From positions 24,947 through 88,946 of the IMG/VR virus record IMGVR_UViG_3300009187_000021: a stretch of DNA of 64,000 nucleotides; one strand, given 5' to 3'. Under the pieces are notes generated by a model. It was not told the DNA's origin. It searched no databases and worked only from the letters and a program-made list of their open reading frames with translations. Positions 40,168-49,423 of the stretch are shown here, piece after piece. Each line of letters opens with the position of its first letter. The first letter of the stretch is position 1. The stretch comes from a virus. The position numbers and the translations under genes were made by a program.

Positions 40168-41031
40168 TCATGCTTCTTCAGCGAGTTTGCTGAAGTAGTC
40201 CATGTCATCATCCTCATCAACAGTAGATGATTCAACACGTTTAGGTGCTGCCTTTGCCTGTTCAACCGTAGTCCGTGCAACAGGTGCACCACCATCCAAA
40301 CCTAATACTTTATTAAGTTTAGTTTTCAATTCATCATATGATTTAAAGTTAGATGGATCGAGATGCTCTTTCAAAGAGTGTTCCGATTTCCAAATCTGTT
40401 CAAGTTTGCCATCATCAGAAAGCAAAGGACCAGGTGCAGCAAACTCAGACTTATCATAATTCTGATAACCTTCGACTTTGCGAATCTTGAGTTTGAAATT
40501 GGCACCAGTCCAGAAGTCAAACGGATTCATTGCCTTCTCATCCTCAAATGCAGGATTCATTGCTTCATTGATCTTATCAAAGATCTTTGCACCAAACTTA
40601 AAGAGAAAGACTTTACCTTCATTATCTGGATTCTTAGAATCTTCAACAATGTAGACGTTAGAGATATACGAAAGGCGACGTTTTTGTTTACGAGCAATCT
40701 CTTTATTTGCTTCTACGCCAGAATTCCAAAGTTGAGTATTGTACTCAGAGACTGGATCTTTCTGATTAAGAGTAGTAAGAGAGTTCTCAATATACCAACC
40801 ACCAGGACCTTGAAAGCCGTGATTGAATACTTTAACCCATGGAAGACCTTCTTCTCCATCTACTTCAGGTGCGGGAAGAAACCGGATAACTGCGTATCCG
40901 TTACCTGCTTTGTCAACTTCTGGTTTCCAGAACTTGTCATCTTTAGATGCAGGTGTTGCATTGAGTTGTTCAATGGCTTTGGTAAGTTTGTCAAAGTTAC
41001 CAGATGATTTTTTAAGATTTGCGAAGTTCAT
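40168..41031 (-). CDS. gp32: Single-stranded DNA-binding protein gp32
   Basis: DKAGNGYAVIRFLP, HGFQGPGGWYIENSLTT, GANFKLKIRKVEGYQNYDKSEF, acidic tail. Confidence 0.97.
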   Translation of the reverse strand: MNFANLKKSSGNFDKLTKAIEQLNATPASKDDKFWKPEVDKAGNGYAVIRFLPAPEVDGEEGLPWVKVFNHGFQGPGGWYIENSLTTLNQKDPVSEYNTQLWNSGVEANKEIARKQKRRLSYISNVYIVEDSKNPDNEGKVFLFKFGAKIFDKINEAMNPAFEDEKAMNPFDFWTGANFKLKIRKVEGYQNYDKSEFAAPGPLLSDDGKLEQIWKSEHSLKEHLDPSNFKSYDELKTKLNKVLGLDGGAPVARTTVEQAKAAPKRVESSTVDEDDDMDYFSKLAEEA

Positions 41032-41065
41032 ATTAAATTCCTTATTAACGATATATTGCGATGTA

Positions 41066-41674
41066 TTAAACTACTGCACACATTTGTGACTTGAGTGCGT
41101 GTTTGTATTTAGTCACATCATAGTTCAAAAACGGTGCATATTTTGTGCATTTTTGAATAAAATCTGGAAAGATCAAATCATCATCAACCCTTTTGGTCCA
41201 CATAGGAAAGAAGTTTAGGAATTGATTCATGATCATCACCGTCTCAAGTTTGATTCTCGACTGCACATAGTTATTATACAACAAAGGATACTCTCCGTCA
41301 ACCACTTTCAGCAACTGTTGTGGAGAGTCTACACTTTCCATGAGAGTGGATAGATCTTGTTGGAAGATGTAGAAGAGAGACTGTTGTGTTTTTTGCCATA
41401 CCTTAAAGGTAGACTCAGCGTCCTCAGAGAGGAGATCACCAGACCATAGTTTTGGTTTCTCTAAAAGATTAGAAACAAAGAAACCAAACATATCATCTTT
41501 ATTGTATTTACGAGATAACTTATAGAAAGTAAACTTGTCCTTTCTAATCATAAAAGAGTCTTGTGTTACATTTGTTTTACCAGAGTATTTTACAAAATCA
41601 TACTTCGAAGTAAAATGTAACTTCAATGCATGGAATAGTGCATAACATTCAAATCCACTGGATTCAACATTCAT
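41066..41674 (-). CDS. gp59: Helicase loader gp59
   Basis: ALKLHFT..YDF.KY.GKT, RKDKF.F.KL; synteny gp33-gp59-gp32. Confidence 0.93.
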   Translation of the reverse strand: MNVESSGFECYALFHALKLHFTSKYDFVKYSGKTNVTQDSFMIRKDKFTFYKLSRKYNKDDMFGFFVSNLLEKPKLWSGDLLSEDAESTFKVWQKTQQSLFYIFQQDLSTLMESVDSPQQLLKVVDGEYPLLYNNYVQSRIKLETVMIMNQFLNFFPMWTKRVDDDLIFPDFIQKCTKYAPFLNYDVTKYKHALKSQMCAVV

Positions 41675-41895
41675 ATAGGTAGTCGATTAGTCTTTTTGAT
41701 TAGATTAAGTGATTCCGCTTCTTCGGTAATCTTTGCTTTGAGTGATGCAGTCAGTAGAGTTGCAGCCATTTCGACTTCAAATCCAGTATTCTTGCAATGT
41801 TCTACGATTGCATCAATGTAAGTAATATCTCTATTGTTCTGAACTAATTCTTCAATGATTGCAGAGAACACTCTACATTCTTCTTTAGTAGGCAT
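41671..41895 (-). CDS. gp33: Late-promoter transcription co-activator gp33
   Basis: FS..IE, YIDAIV..C, LK.KI..EA..LN. Confidence 0.9.
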   Translation of the reverse strand: MPTKEECRVFSAIIEELVQNNRDITYIDAIVEHCKNTGFEVEMAATLLTASLKAKITEEAESLNLIKKTNRLPI

Positions 41896-42485
41896 TATGA
41901 TTTCCTTAGTGAGAGTGCTTTACGACCATCATACCGATGTGTCTTGCCATATTTGCCTTTTGCATCAACATAGTGTGTGAAGATTTGGCGATGTTTTTGA
42001 CCCTCGTATGCATTACGCCAATGAGGCAGAATAATACCAGAGTAAACAATCATATCACCATGATTCAATTCGACTTCAATTGTTTCACCATCGAGATTCT
42101 CAAAGTAAATTGGCCATGGTGTTTCATCTTTTTGCAAACAGATTGTTGCAGAGATTTCACAACTTGGTCGATCTGTGTGTCTTGCCAATACTGCACCATT
42201 ATAATAAGTACGAACATAAGTGTATGACTCATTCAGTTCTTTACCTGTGATCTCTTCCATTAATGGCTTCAAATACACCATCAAAGACTCAGAGTAATTA
42301 GGTGAATAGTTGGCAAAACTATTCTTCACTTGTTCATCACCAAAAGGAAAGAAGTTCTTTAGTCCTTTCTTATACTCTGCCATATATGCAGACTCAAGAA
42401 TCTCTGCCGAGATCTGAATAAAACTAATCAAATCTTCGCTAATTGCATTCCGTACAACTTCATATTTGTCTTTCTGAAAAGACAT
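41895..42485 (-). CDS. 2OG-Fe(II) oxygenase-like protein
   Basis: YTYVR.Y, HTDRPSCEISAT (HxD), GDMIVYSG...HWR, HYVD. Confidence 0.8.
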   Translation of the reverse strand: MSFQKDKYEVVRNAISEDLISFIQISAEILESAYMAEYKKGLKNFFPFGDEQVKNSFANYSPNYSESLMVYLKPLMEEITGKELNESYTYVRTYYNGAVLARHTDRPSCEISATICLQKDETPWPIYFENLDGETIEVELNHGDMIVYSGIILPHWRNAYEGQKHRQIFTHYVDAKGKYGKTHRYDGRKALSLRKS

Positions 42486-42497
42486 GATTCACCTCCA

Positions 42498-42986
42498 TTA
42501 TGCATAAAATATGTGTTTACCTATTTTGGTAATCTTCCGTTTCTTCCAGTGCGGATCAACGTATGTAGCATGATAATACAACGCATCGTTGAGTTTTGTC
42601 AAGCGGTATCCGTCGAACAGAACCTTTTCTGCTGCCGCTTTAGAATCAAGATATTCTTTTGAGTTTGTTGGTATTTGACGTTTATACTTAATACACACCC
42701 ATGAGAATTGGCAAGTTTTGTTTGTCTTTTGATATACAGTTCTACAGATATTATTTTTGAATAGACCAGAATTAACTCTATTCAACGTGACCTGTGCAAC
42801 TGCTAATTTACCTTTAAAAGGTTCAGACTCTGCCTCATAAAAAATATTGTTTGTTAGACAATTTAACTCTTTCTGTATGTTAGGAACTAAAGAGTATGTT
42901 TCTCGCACATTTGCTATTGTTGTAGCGTTCATTAAACCAAAAATGAGAAATGTTCCTAACAAGACTTTGATAGTCTTGTGTAACAT
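42498..42986 (-). CDS. Cell-wall hydrolase, SleB/Hydrolase_2 family
   Basis: CL..NIFYEA..E...GKLAVAQVTLNRV, CQFSW, ALYYHATYV.P.W, IG.HIFY; N-terminal signal/TM segment. Confidence 0.9.
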   Translation of the reverse strand: MLHKTIKVLLGTFLIFGLMNATTIANVRETYSLVPNIQKELNCLTNNIFYEAESEPFKGKLAVAQVTLNRVNSGLFKNNICRTVYQKTNKTCQFSWVCIKYKRQIPTNSKEYLDSKAAAEKVLFDGYRLTKLNDALYYHATYVDPHWKKRKITKIGKHIFYA

Positions 42987-43009
42987 TCGTTTCCTTATCG
43001 AGTTTTGAA

Positions 43010-43310
43010 AGTGGTAGGTTATTCTGTTACGAGGAAACCTACCGAAACCCTAAGCAGTGTTTAGGCTGCTAATGCGTATTCGCTATCATTTGCGTTTACT
43101 TGATTTATTTTTAACGACTGATATGTCGAGTAGCCAATAATTGTACTTATTACTCCGTCGAATCTAGTCAGGCCCATCAGAAGCATACTGTTTGGAACTT
43201 TTATTATGAGCATTGTTATCTCATTCACCAGTAGACAATACACTTCTGGTGGACCTGGTGGGATTCGCACCCACGTCCGAAATACCTTTCTAAAAATCAG
43301 TTTACTACCA
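43010..43310 (-). ncRNA. ssrA: Two-piece (circularly permuted) tmRNA gene; tag (A)ANDSEYALAA
   Basis: Acceptor piece comes first: GAC-GTGGG-TGCGAAT-CCCAC-CAGGTCC-ACCA (CCA ends at 43247). Intervening segment 43246-43176. Coding piece starts GGGCCTG-ACTAGATTCGAC at 43175 and pairs with CAGGTCC, including the G3.U alanine determinant. Tag codons at 43093-43061. Outer ends approximate. Confidence 0.92.
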
Positions 43311-43318
43311 TTGAGAAG

Positions 43319-43352
43319 TATTTAGTATATCAGGACTTGGCGAAGTTGTCAA
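43319..43352 (-). promoter_or_regulatory. Overlapping sigma70 promoter (TTGACA-17-TATACT) and late-like ACTAAATA upstream of the tmRNA gene
   Basis: TTGACA 43352-43347, TATACT 43329-43324, ACTAAATA 43326-43319. Confidence 0.75.
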
Positions 43353-45757
43353 GCACCAGTTACTATTCTCAAATTAAATTCTTTAGAAATTTCCGACAAA
43401 GTTGTCTTGTTTCTGATATAAATTGTACCGCTTGCATTTCTAGTAATATCATCTTGCGTTACCGTGAAAGTAATATATAGACCAATTCCTACAGTATAGT
43501 AGGCTGATTGTCCTGAACCTCCTTTATTAACGCCGTTAATATTGAAAGTCGTTTGACTACCTATAGCACCACCAGAAACAGAAACTTCATAATTCGTTCC
43601 TATTCCAGGCGTCAAAGTGTTAACATATTGAGTTGAACCAGATAACTTAACTGTACCAGCTGCTGATGGATCGCCACTAAAATCTCCTGATCCATCAATT
43701 GATCCATCGCCTCCTATGTACCATTTTATAGATGTTGGTGATATATTACCCTGATCATTCAAATAACTAAATGCCGCATCACTATCAAATCCTAATGCTG
43801 GGCCCGCCGACGTTGTAGTTATTGAAGAACTGGCAGAACTAGGTGAACTATCACCAACGGCATTTGTTGCTTTAACAGTAAATGTGTATGTTGTTCCCGC
43901 AGTTAATCCAGTTACATTAAATGTACCACCACTTGCTTGTGATAGTGTTGCAGTGATACTACCAGGACTGGAAAGTATCGTGTATGATGTAATAGGTGAG
44001 TTACCATTAGATGCTGGTGCAGAAAATGATACATCCGCAGTCGTTTGTCCTGTTGCTGTTGCACCTGTAATCGTTGGTGCACCAGGTACTGTAGGTATAG
44101 CATTCGTTGTCATTGAACCACTATCTGCACTATAAGAACCATTTCCAACAGAGTTAGTTGCTCTAACCTTAAAAGTATAAGATGTGGATGCCGTTAGTCC
44201 GGATACTGTAATTGGAGAACTAGATCCTGTACCAGTTATGTTGCCTGGTGTCGAGATTGCAGTATAACTAGTAATTGCAGCACCGCCATCGGAAGATGGT
44301 GCAGTAAATGATACTGATGCAGTTGTTGTTCCAGTAGGAATAGCAGCGCCAATAGTTGGTGCACCAGGTACAGTTGCAGCAGATGTTGTCGTTATTGAAG
44401 AACTATCTGCACTATATGAACTGTCACCAACAGAGTTAGTTGCTTTTACCTTAAATGTGTATGAAGTACCAGCAGTTAGACCGGTGATATTAATTGTACC
44501 TGATCCCGATTGACTAATTGTTCCTGTAATATTACCTGGTGTAGATATGGCAGTATATGATGTAATTGCAGCACCACCATTAGATGCGGGTGCACTAAAT
44601 GCTACAGTTGCAGTTGTCTGTCCTGTTGCAATAACAGAACCAATCGTTGGTGCACCAGGTACTGTTGCTGCTGATCCAGTAGTTATAGAAGATGTTGAAG
44701 AACTATATGCGCTATCGCCAACTGAGTTAGTTGCTTTTACTTTAAACGTGTATGTTGTTGAAGGTGATAATCCTGTGACTGTAATTATACCATTTCCTGC
44801 CTGACTTAATGTTCCAGTTATATTTCCAGGTGTAGATATTGCAGTATATGATGTAATCCCAGCACCACCGTTATTTGCAGGTGCAGTATATGATACAGTC
44901 GCAGATGTTGAACCAGTTGATGTTGCAACACCAATAGTTGGTGCACCAGGTACTGTTGCAACAGCCGATGTTGTTATTTGATTACTTGACGCACTAGAAG
45001 AACTATTACCAACAGAGTTTGTTGCATATACTGTGAATGTATATGGCGTATTCGAAGTCAATCCATTAACAGTAATAGTACCAGATCCTGATTGACTTAG
45101 TGTACCTGTAATTCCTTCTGGCGAAGAAACTGCCGTATATGATGTAATCATTGCACCACCATTTGATGCAGGCGCCGTAAACGATACTGTTGCTGAAGTT
45201 GAACCAGTTGATGTTGCAACACCAATGGTTGGTGCACCAGGTACCGTTGCTGCCACTGATTGTGATGTATCTTCAATGGTGACTGTAACACTAGTGGCAA
45301 CTATAGATCCAGATGTAGATCCAGTTCTAATATTAATAGTAAATGTTTGTGAACCTTCAGTTGAACTGTCCGCGACTGGTAATACTAAAAAAGAACCTAT
45401 ATTATTGTTAATCGTAAACGATCCACTAACAGAAGAAAAGTCTGCATCAGAAGTGGTTATATGATTTATTGTCCAATATAGTGTAGTTCCAGTTCCGACA
45501 AGTGTGGTTGCAATATAATATGCTCCAGAACCACCTTCGTTTATTGTACTACTATACGTCTGGAAAGAATAAGTTGGAGTTGGAGCAGGCGCATTTGATT
45601 TACCATAGAAATCTGTGGGCATTATCTCAGTAGAACCTGGCGTTGTTTTACCAGATAGTGTACGGACAGCAGTATCATTCAGACTAATTGTTCCTGACTG
45701 AGTGAGTTCTGTTCTAATATCACTTAATGATATAGCACCAGACGATGGTAAAGCCAT
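43349..45757 (-). CDS. Fibre-like virion protein with Calx-beta-like domain and five FN3 domains
   Basis: MALPSSGAISLSDI fibre-type N-terminus; INEG...TLYWTI domain; five VPGAPTI...ITSYT...YTF.V.ATN.VG repeats. Confidence 0.8.
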   Translation of the reverse strand: MALPSSGAISLSDIRTELTQSGTISLNDTAVRTLSGKTTPGSTEIMPTDFYGKSNAPAPTPTYSFQTYSSTINEGGSGAYYIATTLVGTGTTLYWTINHITTSDADFSSVSGSFTINNNIGSFLVLPVADSSTEGSQTFTINIRTGSTSGSIVATSVTVTIEDTSQSVAATVPGAPTIGVATSTGSTSATVSFTAPASNGGAMITSYTAVSSPEGITGTLSQSGSGTITVNGLTSNTPYTFTVYATNSVGNSSSSASSNQITTSAVATVPGAPTIGVATSTGSTSATVSYTAPANNGGAGITSYTAISTPGNITGTLSQAGNGIITVTGLSPSTTYTFKVKATNSVGDSAYSSSTSSITTGSAATVPGAPTIGSVIATGQTTATVAFSAPASNGGAAITSYTAISTPGNITGTISQSGSGTINITGLTAGTSYTFKVKATNSVGDSSYSADSSSITTTSAATVPGAPTIGAAIPTGTTTASVSFTAPSSDGGAAITSYTAISTPGNITGTGSSSPITVSGLTASTSYTFKVRATNSVGNGSYSADSGSMTTNAIPTVPGAPTITGATATGQTTADVSFSAPASNGNSPITSYTILSSPGSITATLSQASGGTFNVTGLTAGTTYTFTVKATNAVGDSSPSSASSSITTTSAGPALGFDSDAAFSYLNDQGNISPTSIKWYIGGDGSIDGSGDFSGDPSAAGTVKLSGSTQYVNTLTPGIGTNYEVSVSGGAIGSQTTFNINGVNKGGSGQSAYYTVGIGLYITFTVTQDDITRNASGTIYIRNKTTLSEISKEFNLRIVTGA

Positions 45758-45780
45758 TATATATCCTTTAGAATTTTATT

Positions 45781-46440
45781 TTAATATTTATTTGATTTAT
45801 AAAATTCAATGTGTTCATATAACGTATCAACATAGTCTTTTGTTTCTTTCACAAAGATAAGTGGTTGTTCATTCTCAACTGCCATCAAAACTACAATCTG
45901 GTCGATAGGTGCACCAACACGTTCTTCATACATCATTGCATATGCAACACATTGTGCAAAGTAATCTTGAATCTTATCTTCTGTCTTGATACGTTTAGAA
46001 GTTTTAAAGTCGATAACCGATAGTTTACCTTCCCACTCTGCAATCAAGTCAACACGACCTGCAAGACCAATCTTCTCAGACCATAGTGCCTGTTCCATGT
46101 AATGGATATTATTGATCTTATCGAAGTGTGGTACAATCGATTGAAACATCTCGATTGCATCAGGCATCTCTTTCTTCCACTCAATCGATTCATTCATCAA
46201 ATGCTTTTCAGCAAGTGTATGTACTCGATTACCACGACCGGTTGCAAGTTTAGAAACTCGATTCGCTTCTGCTTCACCAACTCTACGGCGCCATGCCATG
46301 ATTTCTTTCTTCTTCATGGCACCAAGAACAGTAGTAACAGATGGTAATCGTTGACCAGATGGTGTTACATAGTATCGTTTGTCATCAACAGTTTCGGTGT
46401 TTAGATTCTCAATCACCATCGGTGGGCAATGTGTAAACAT
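45781..46440 (-). CDS. PD-(D/E)XK exonuclease (Cas4-like, T4-like phage type)
   Basis: PSVTTVL, RGNRVH, AGRVDLIA, IDFKTS, YF.Q..AYA.M. Confidence 0.9.
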   Translation of the reverse strand: MFTHCPPMVIENLNTETVDDKRYYVTPSGQRLPSVTTVLGAMKKKEIMAWRRRVGEAEANRVSKLATGRGNRVHTLAEKHLMNESIEWKKEMPDAIEMFQSIVPHFDKINNIHYMEQALWSEKIGLAGRVDLIAEWEGKLSVIDFKTSKRIKTEDKIQDYFAQCVAYAMMYEERVGAPIDQIVVLMAVENEQPLIFVKETKDYVDTLYEHIEFYKSNKY

Positions 46441-47144
46441 TATATTCCTAAGTTTTGTTTTTCAGTTAAATATCTACGCACGAACCCCGATCTGACAATA
46501 TCATCAATACCGAATTGAATGTGTGAAATATCCTCAATTTTATCTAAGATTCTGACTGCATCAATGAAGCCAGACTTCTCTTTTTTGTTGTTTAGATCAT
46601 TCTGTGCAAAGTCACCACAAAGAATGAATCTACAGTTTTCTCCGATTCTTGTCAAGACAGAATCGATTTCATGAAATGTTGCAGATTGAAACTCATCAAA
46701 GATAATAATACAATCTCTAAATGTCAATCCGCGTAGAAATGATGTAGTTTGAAATTCTAGAATTTCTTTGTTGTATAGAAAGTGCCATGCATCGCCACGA
46801 CCAACCAACTCGTTGACGATATTCATGTATGGTTCTTGATAGATCTTTGCTTTCTCTTCCAATGTACCAGGTACGAAACCTAAGTCTCTTGATGGTACTG
46901 CTGAACGAATGATAACAATTCGTTCGTAGTAAGAGCCTGTAGCAAGAACATCTTTAAGAGATAGGTACAACGCAAGAAATGATTTACCGGTACCAGCAGA
47001 TCCTGCAAGAACTAGATGATTACCTTTATCATATTCTTCAAATGTTTTTGTTTGATTCTTTGTTAAAGGCTGAACTTGTTTCAGGGAAAAATGTTGCGAT
47101 TGAGCCTGTGCGGCTGCTGTTTTTCTTCTAACTGTCTTAGCCAT
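46440..47144 (-). CDS. phoH: PhoH-like ATPase
   Basis: GSAGTGKS, LGFVPG, FLRGLT, DEFQ, GD..Q.DL, DIVRSG. Confidence 0.95.
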   Translation of the reverse strand: MAKTVRRKTAAAQAQSQHFSLKQVQPLTKNQTKTFEEYDKGNHLVLAGSAGTGKSFLALYLSLKDVLATGSYYERIVIIRSAVPSRDLGFVPGTLEEKAKIYQEPYMNIVNELVGRGDAWHFLYNKEILEFQTTSFLRGLTFRDCIIIFDEFQSATFHEIDSVLTRIGENCRFILCGDFAQNDLNNKKEKSGFIDAVRILDKIEDISHIQFGIDDIVRSGFVRRYLTEKQNLGI

Positions 47145-47171
47145 TTAGTTCCCTTAGTGATTGTTATGGGA

Positions 47172-47444
47172 TTACCACTCCCTAGGCATCTTTGTTTTAT
47201 GGGATAATCCAATGCTATTGCCAGGGACTGATTCTTTCATGCGCCCGATAACATATTTTTCGAATGTTGAATCGGGTTTTGCAACAGAATTTGACATACG
47301 CATTCCATCGCCAAATGGAACTGCTTCACCAATGTATGTTTCAAGGTGTGGATGTTCACGTTTGAATGCATCGAGTTCAGATATTCTCATAACTTTCTCG
47401 ACAACATCACCTGTCTTTCTATTCAAAAACGCATAAGTTGGCAT
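47172..47444 (-). CDS. FmdB-like small protein
   Basis: MPTY.F.N..TG...E..M.ISE pattern, usual neighbour of phoH in T4-like phages; start re-assigned. Confidence 0.7.
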   Translation of the reverse strand: MPTYAFLNRKTGDVVEKVMRISELDAFKREHPHLETYIGEAVPFGDGMRMSNSVAKPDSTFEKYVIGRMKESVPGNSIGLSHKTKMPREW

Positions 47445-47461
47445 AGTTCTAATCCTCATTA

Positions 47462-47728
47462 TTATTCAGCGGGCAAATAGATATCAAGTTTCTTTTTCTT
47501 AGCATCTAATGCATCTTCTAAATCTTCGTTGTCAATATTTATATCAGTCTCAGTTAGTAAAACTTCAATAACTGCAAGAACATCACCAAGTTCACGCACA
47601 AATGCTTGTTTATTAGTTACACCTTCCCATTCTGTATCGAGACCAAATCGGTAAATCTTAGAGATGGCCTGAATAACTTCTGCACATTCTTCCTGTAGAA
47701 TGAACATTACTTTTTCACGATTACGCAT
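47462..47728 (-). CDS. MazG-like NTP pyrophosphohydrolase domain protein
   Basis: EECAEVIQ...RELGDV (ExxE...ExxD); start re-assigned to MRNREK. Confidence 0.8.
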   Translation of the reverse strand: MRNREKVMFILQEECAEVIQAISKIYRFGLDTEWEGVTNKQAFVRELGDVLAVIEVLLTETDINIDNEDLEDALDAKKKKLDIYLPAE

Positions 47729-48239
47729 ATGATGCTCCATACCAAATTGGTTCTTCACGATGCTTCCATGCAGCAAGGTGTGTTTTATTCTTGTTGTAAT
47801 AGTTGCGATATGATGCAATAGAGTCACCAGGAACTTTAACATCATCTGGCATTGCAGGTGTTGGTTCAGACCAACCTTCTGTGCCAATATTCTTGGGTAC
47901 ATTCTTATACAGAACATAACAGAGTCCGTCACGTTGTACTTTATGTGTTTTCTCATACCGATAGGTATATTCTTCACATAGTTCAATCAGAAGATTACAT
48001 AACCAAATGTAATTCTCTTTTGATTTGCGACACCAAATGGCAGATGGATGATTCTTATGAGTTGCCTTATACATGATTGATTCATGTAACGGATCAGCAA
48101 GAACATTATCAACACCATCTAGTGTGCGATGTGCAGTAGATAGTAGTTGTGCATATTCAAGAATCATTTTAACGCAATGTTTATCATTGTGCATTTTAGC
48201 ACATTCAATAACATCATTATCAAGATAAAAAATATTCAC
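47721..48239 (-). CDS. Pyrimidine-dimer DNA glycosylase / DenV-like family protein
   Basis: MNIFYLD...DKHCVKMILEYAQLLSTAH, HKNHPSAIW, EYTYRY.K.H, AMPD. Confidence 0.85.
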   Translation of the reverse strand: MNIFYLDNDVIECAKMHNDKHCVKMILEYAQLLSTAHRTLDGVDNVLADPLHESIMYKATHKNHPSAIWCRKSKENYIWLCNLLIELCEEYTYRYEKTHKVQRDGLCYVLYKNVPKNIGTEGWSEPTPAMPDDVKVPGDSIASYRNYYNKNKTHLAAWKHREEPIWYGASYA

Positions 48240-48526
48240 AGAATCATCCTAATGAGTCCAGTAAGGTCAATGGTGACCAACAAAATGTAGTTAGTGAGCA
48301 TGCCAAATGAGCGCCTAGAATAAGCACACCAGGCATAGATAGAACAACCAGTAATCCAAGCGGGATAAAGAGCCATAAGTGGAGGGTCTGGTACTGTTCC
48401 AGCCATGACAATAGCACACCCAACAGAAATAGCCCAAGCAAATAACTCCATAACAAACCTAAAACGATTTGATTTGTAATCATTTTTGATCCATTGAAAT
48501 GTTGAAAACAACAGGTCGTTTTTCAT
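48236..48526 (-). CDS. Small membrane protein
   Basis: Three hydrophobic segments; overlaps both neighbours. Confidence 0.7.
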   Translation of the reverse strand: MKNDLLFSTFQWIKNDYKSNRFRFVMELFAWAISVGCAIVMAGTVPDPPLMALYPAWITGCSIYAWCAYSRRSFGMLTNYILLVTIDLTGLIRMIL

Positions 48527-48532
48527 GACACA

Positions 48533-48835
48533 TTACTCGTTGAATTCAACTCCAACTGATCCTGCACTTTGTGGTTTAATATTAACTGTTGATTTAGTTG
48601 CTTTGGGGAATTTCTTTGCAATGTCTTCGGCAGTAACAGTTTGCATAACGAATTGTTTGAATGCGGTATAGTCATCCGAAACAGTAATGGTGCGAGTGGT
48701 GCCTGCTTCTTGTGCATTAAAGAAGATGATACAACCACCAGCCATAAGTGGTGCAATCTCGATAATAGAATCAAGATTGATGATTAGTTTGCAGTTCTTG
48801 GGACGAACGGAGTTGACTTCGACGAAAAGTGACAT
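48533..48835 (-). CDS. Hypothetical protein
   Basis: GAGG RBS; sigma70 promoter upstream. Confidence 0.75.
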   Translation of the reverse strand: MSLFVEVNSVRPKNCKLIINLDSIIEIAPLMAGGCIIFFNAQEAGTTRTITVSDDYTAFKQFVMQTVTAEDIAKKFPKATKSTVNIKPQSAGSVGVEFNE

Positions 48836-48838
48836 AAT

Positions 48839-48976
48839 TTACCTCATTAAAAGATAGGTTAATAATAGTATACCACAAAAAAACGCCGATGTCAAGAGGT
48901 AGAATTTCTTGACTCGGCGTCTTGCAATTTCTTCGTATATCTTTATTTGTTCAAAATATAATTCATCATTATTCAT
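48839..48976 (-). CDS. Putative 45-aa membrane peptide (MNNDELYFEQ...GILLLTYLLMR)
   Basis: Hand-translated; late-like GATAAATA at 49018-49011 upstream; one C-terminal hydrophobic stretch. Confidence 0.45.
   Translation of the reverse strand: MNNDELYFEQIKIYEEIARRRVKKFYLLTSAFFCGILLLTYLLMR
48867..48920 (-). promoter_or_regulatory. Terminator-like hairpin overlapping a sigma70 promoter (TTGACA-17-TATACT)
   Basis: ACGCCGAGTCAAGA...TCTTGACATCGGCGT-TTTTTT; -35 at 48895-48890, -10 at 48872-48867. Confidence 0.7.
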
Positions 48977-49016
48977 AAAACTTCCAAAGGAAAAGAGATG
49001 CGGTATCTCCTATTTA

Positions 49017-49163
49017 TCAGTAATGTTTGTAGTATCCTCTGTCGAAGTTACGGATCAACGCTTCAACTTCTGCAGCGTTCGATGGTGATCTTGATGCAAT
49101 ATACGATTCAAGTAAGTCTGCATAAGATAGAGGACGGAAAAGATTTATTAATTTTTTAATCAT
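49017..49163 (-). CDS. 48-aa hypothetical protein (weak DUF3563-like resemblance)
   Basis: Hand-translated MIKKLINLFRPLSYADLLESYIASRSPSNAAEVEALIRNFDRGYYKHY; ATGA overlap with the upstream gene. Confidence 0.65.
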   Translation of the reverse strand: MIKKLINLFRPLSYADLLESYIASRSPSNAAEVEALIRNFDRGYYKHY

Positions 49164-49366
49164 GATTTTAACCAAGTTGTTGGTTTATAGAAAAAATTGT
49201 TTAAACTAGTCTGAATTTCTGTTAGTGATTTGACTAAAGATTTGCCAAATTGAGCTTCAGCGTCAACCAATTCCGTCAAGGATTTGTTGAGTTCCTTGTC
49301 TTTCACAAAAGAGTTAAGAAAAGTTGTTTTCACATGATGCACATTGTCAATAGTTTTTAAGTACAT
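49160..49366 (-). CDS. Small amphipathic helical protein (possibly phasin-like)
   Basis: AGGAG RBS; late-like TCTAAATA at 49403-49396. Confidence 0.6.
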   Translation of the reverse strand: MYLKTIDNVHHVKTTFLNSFVKDKELNKSLTELVDAEAQFGKSLVKSLTEIQTSLNNFFYKPTTWLKS

Positions 49367-49423
49367 GGAATTCTCCTGTTAGTGTTTGTACCACTTATTT
49401 AGACAATTCCATGTTGCAATGCG

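Noticed and set aside
43061-43270. 69-aa ORF ending ANDSEYALAA
   Set aside because: Chance in-frame extension of the tmRNA tag across RNA structural elements.
43247-43277. Stand-alone tRNA gene or attachment-site tRNA fragment
   Set aside because: No D-arm or anticodon arm upstream; the pairing 5' strand lies downstream with a tag ORF, which fits a permuted tmRNA; no integrase seen.
47729-47986. N-terminal extension of the MazG-like ORF (174-aa call)
   Set aside because: Overlaps the DenV-like gene in another frame; the real start is probably 47728.
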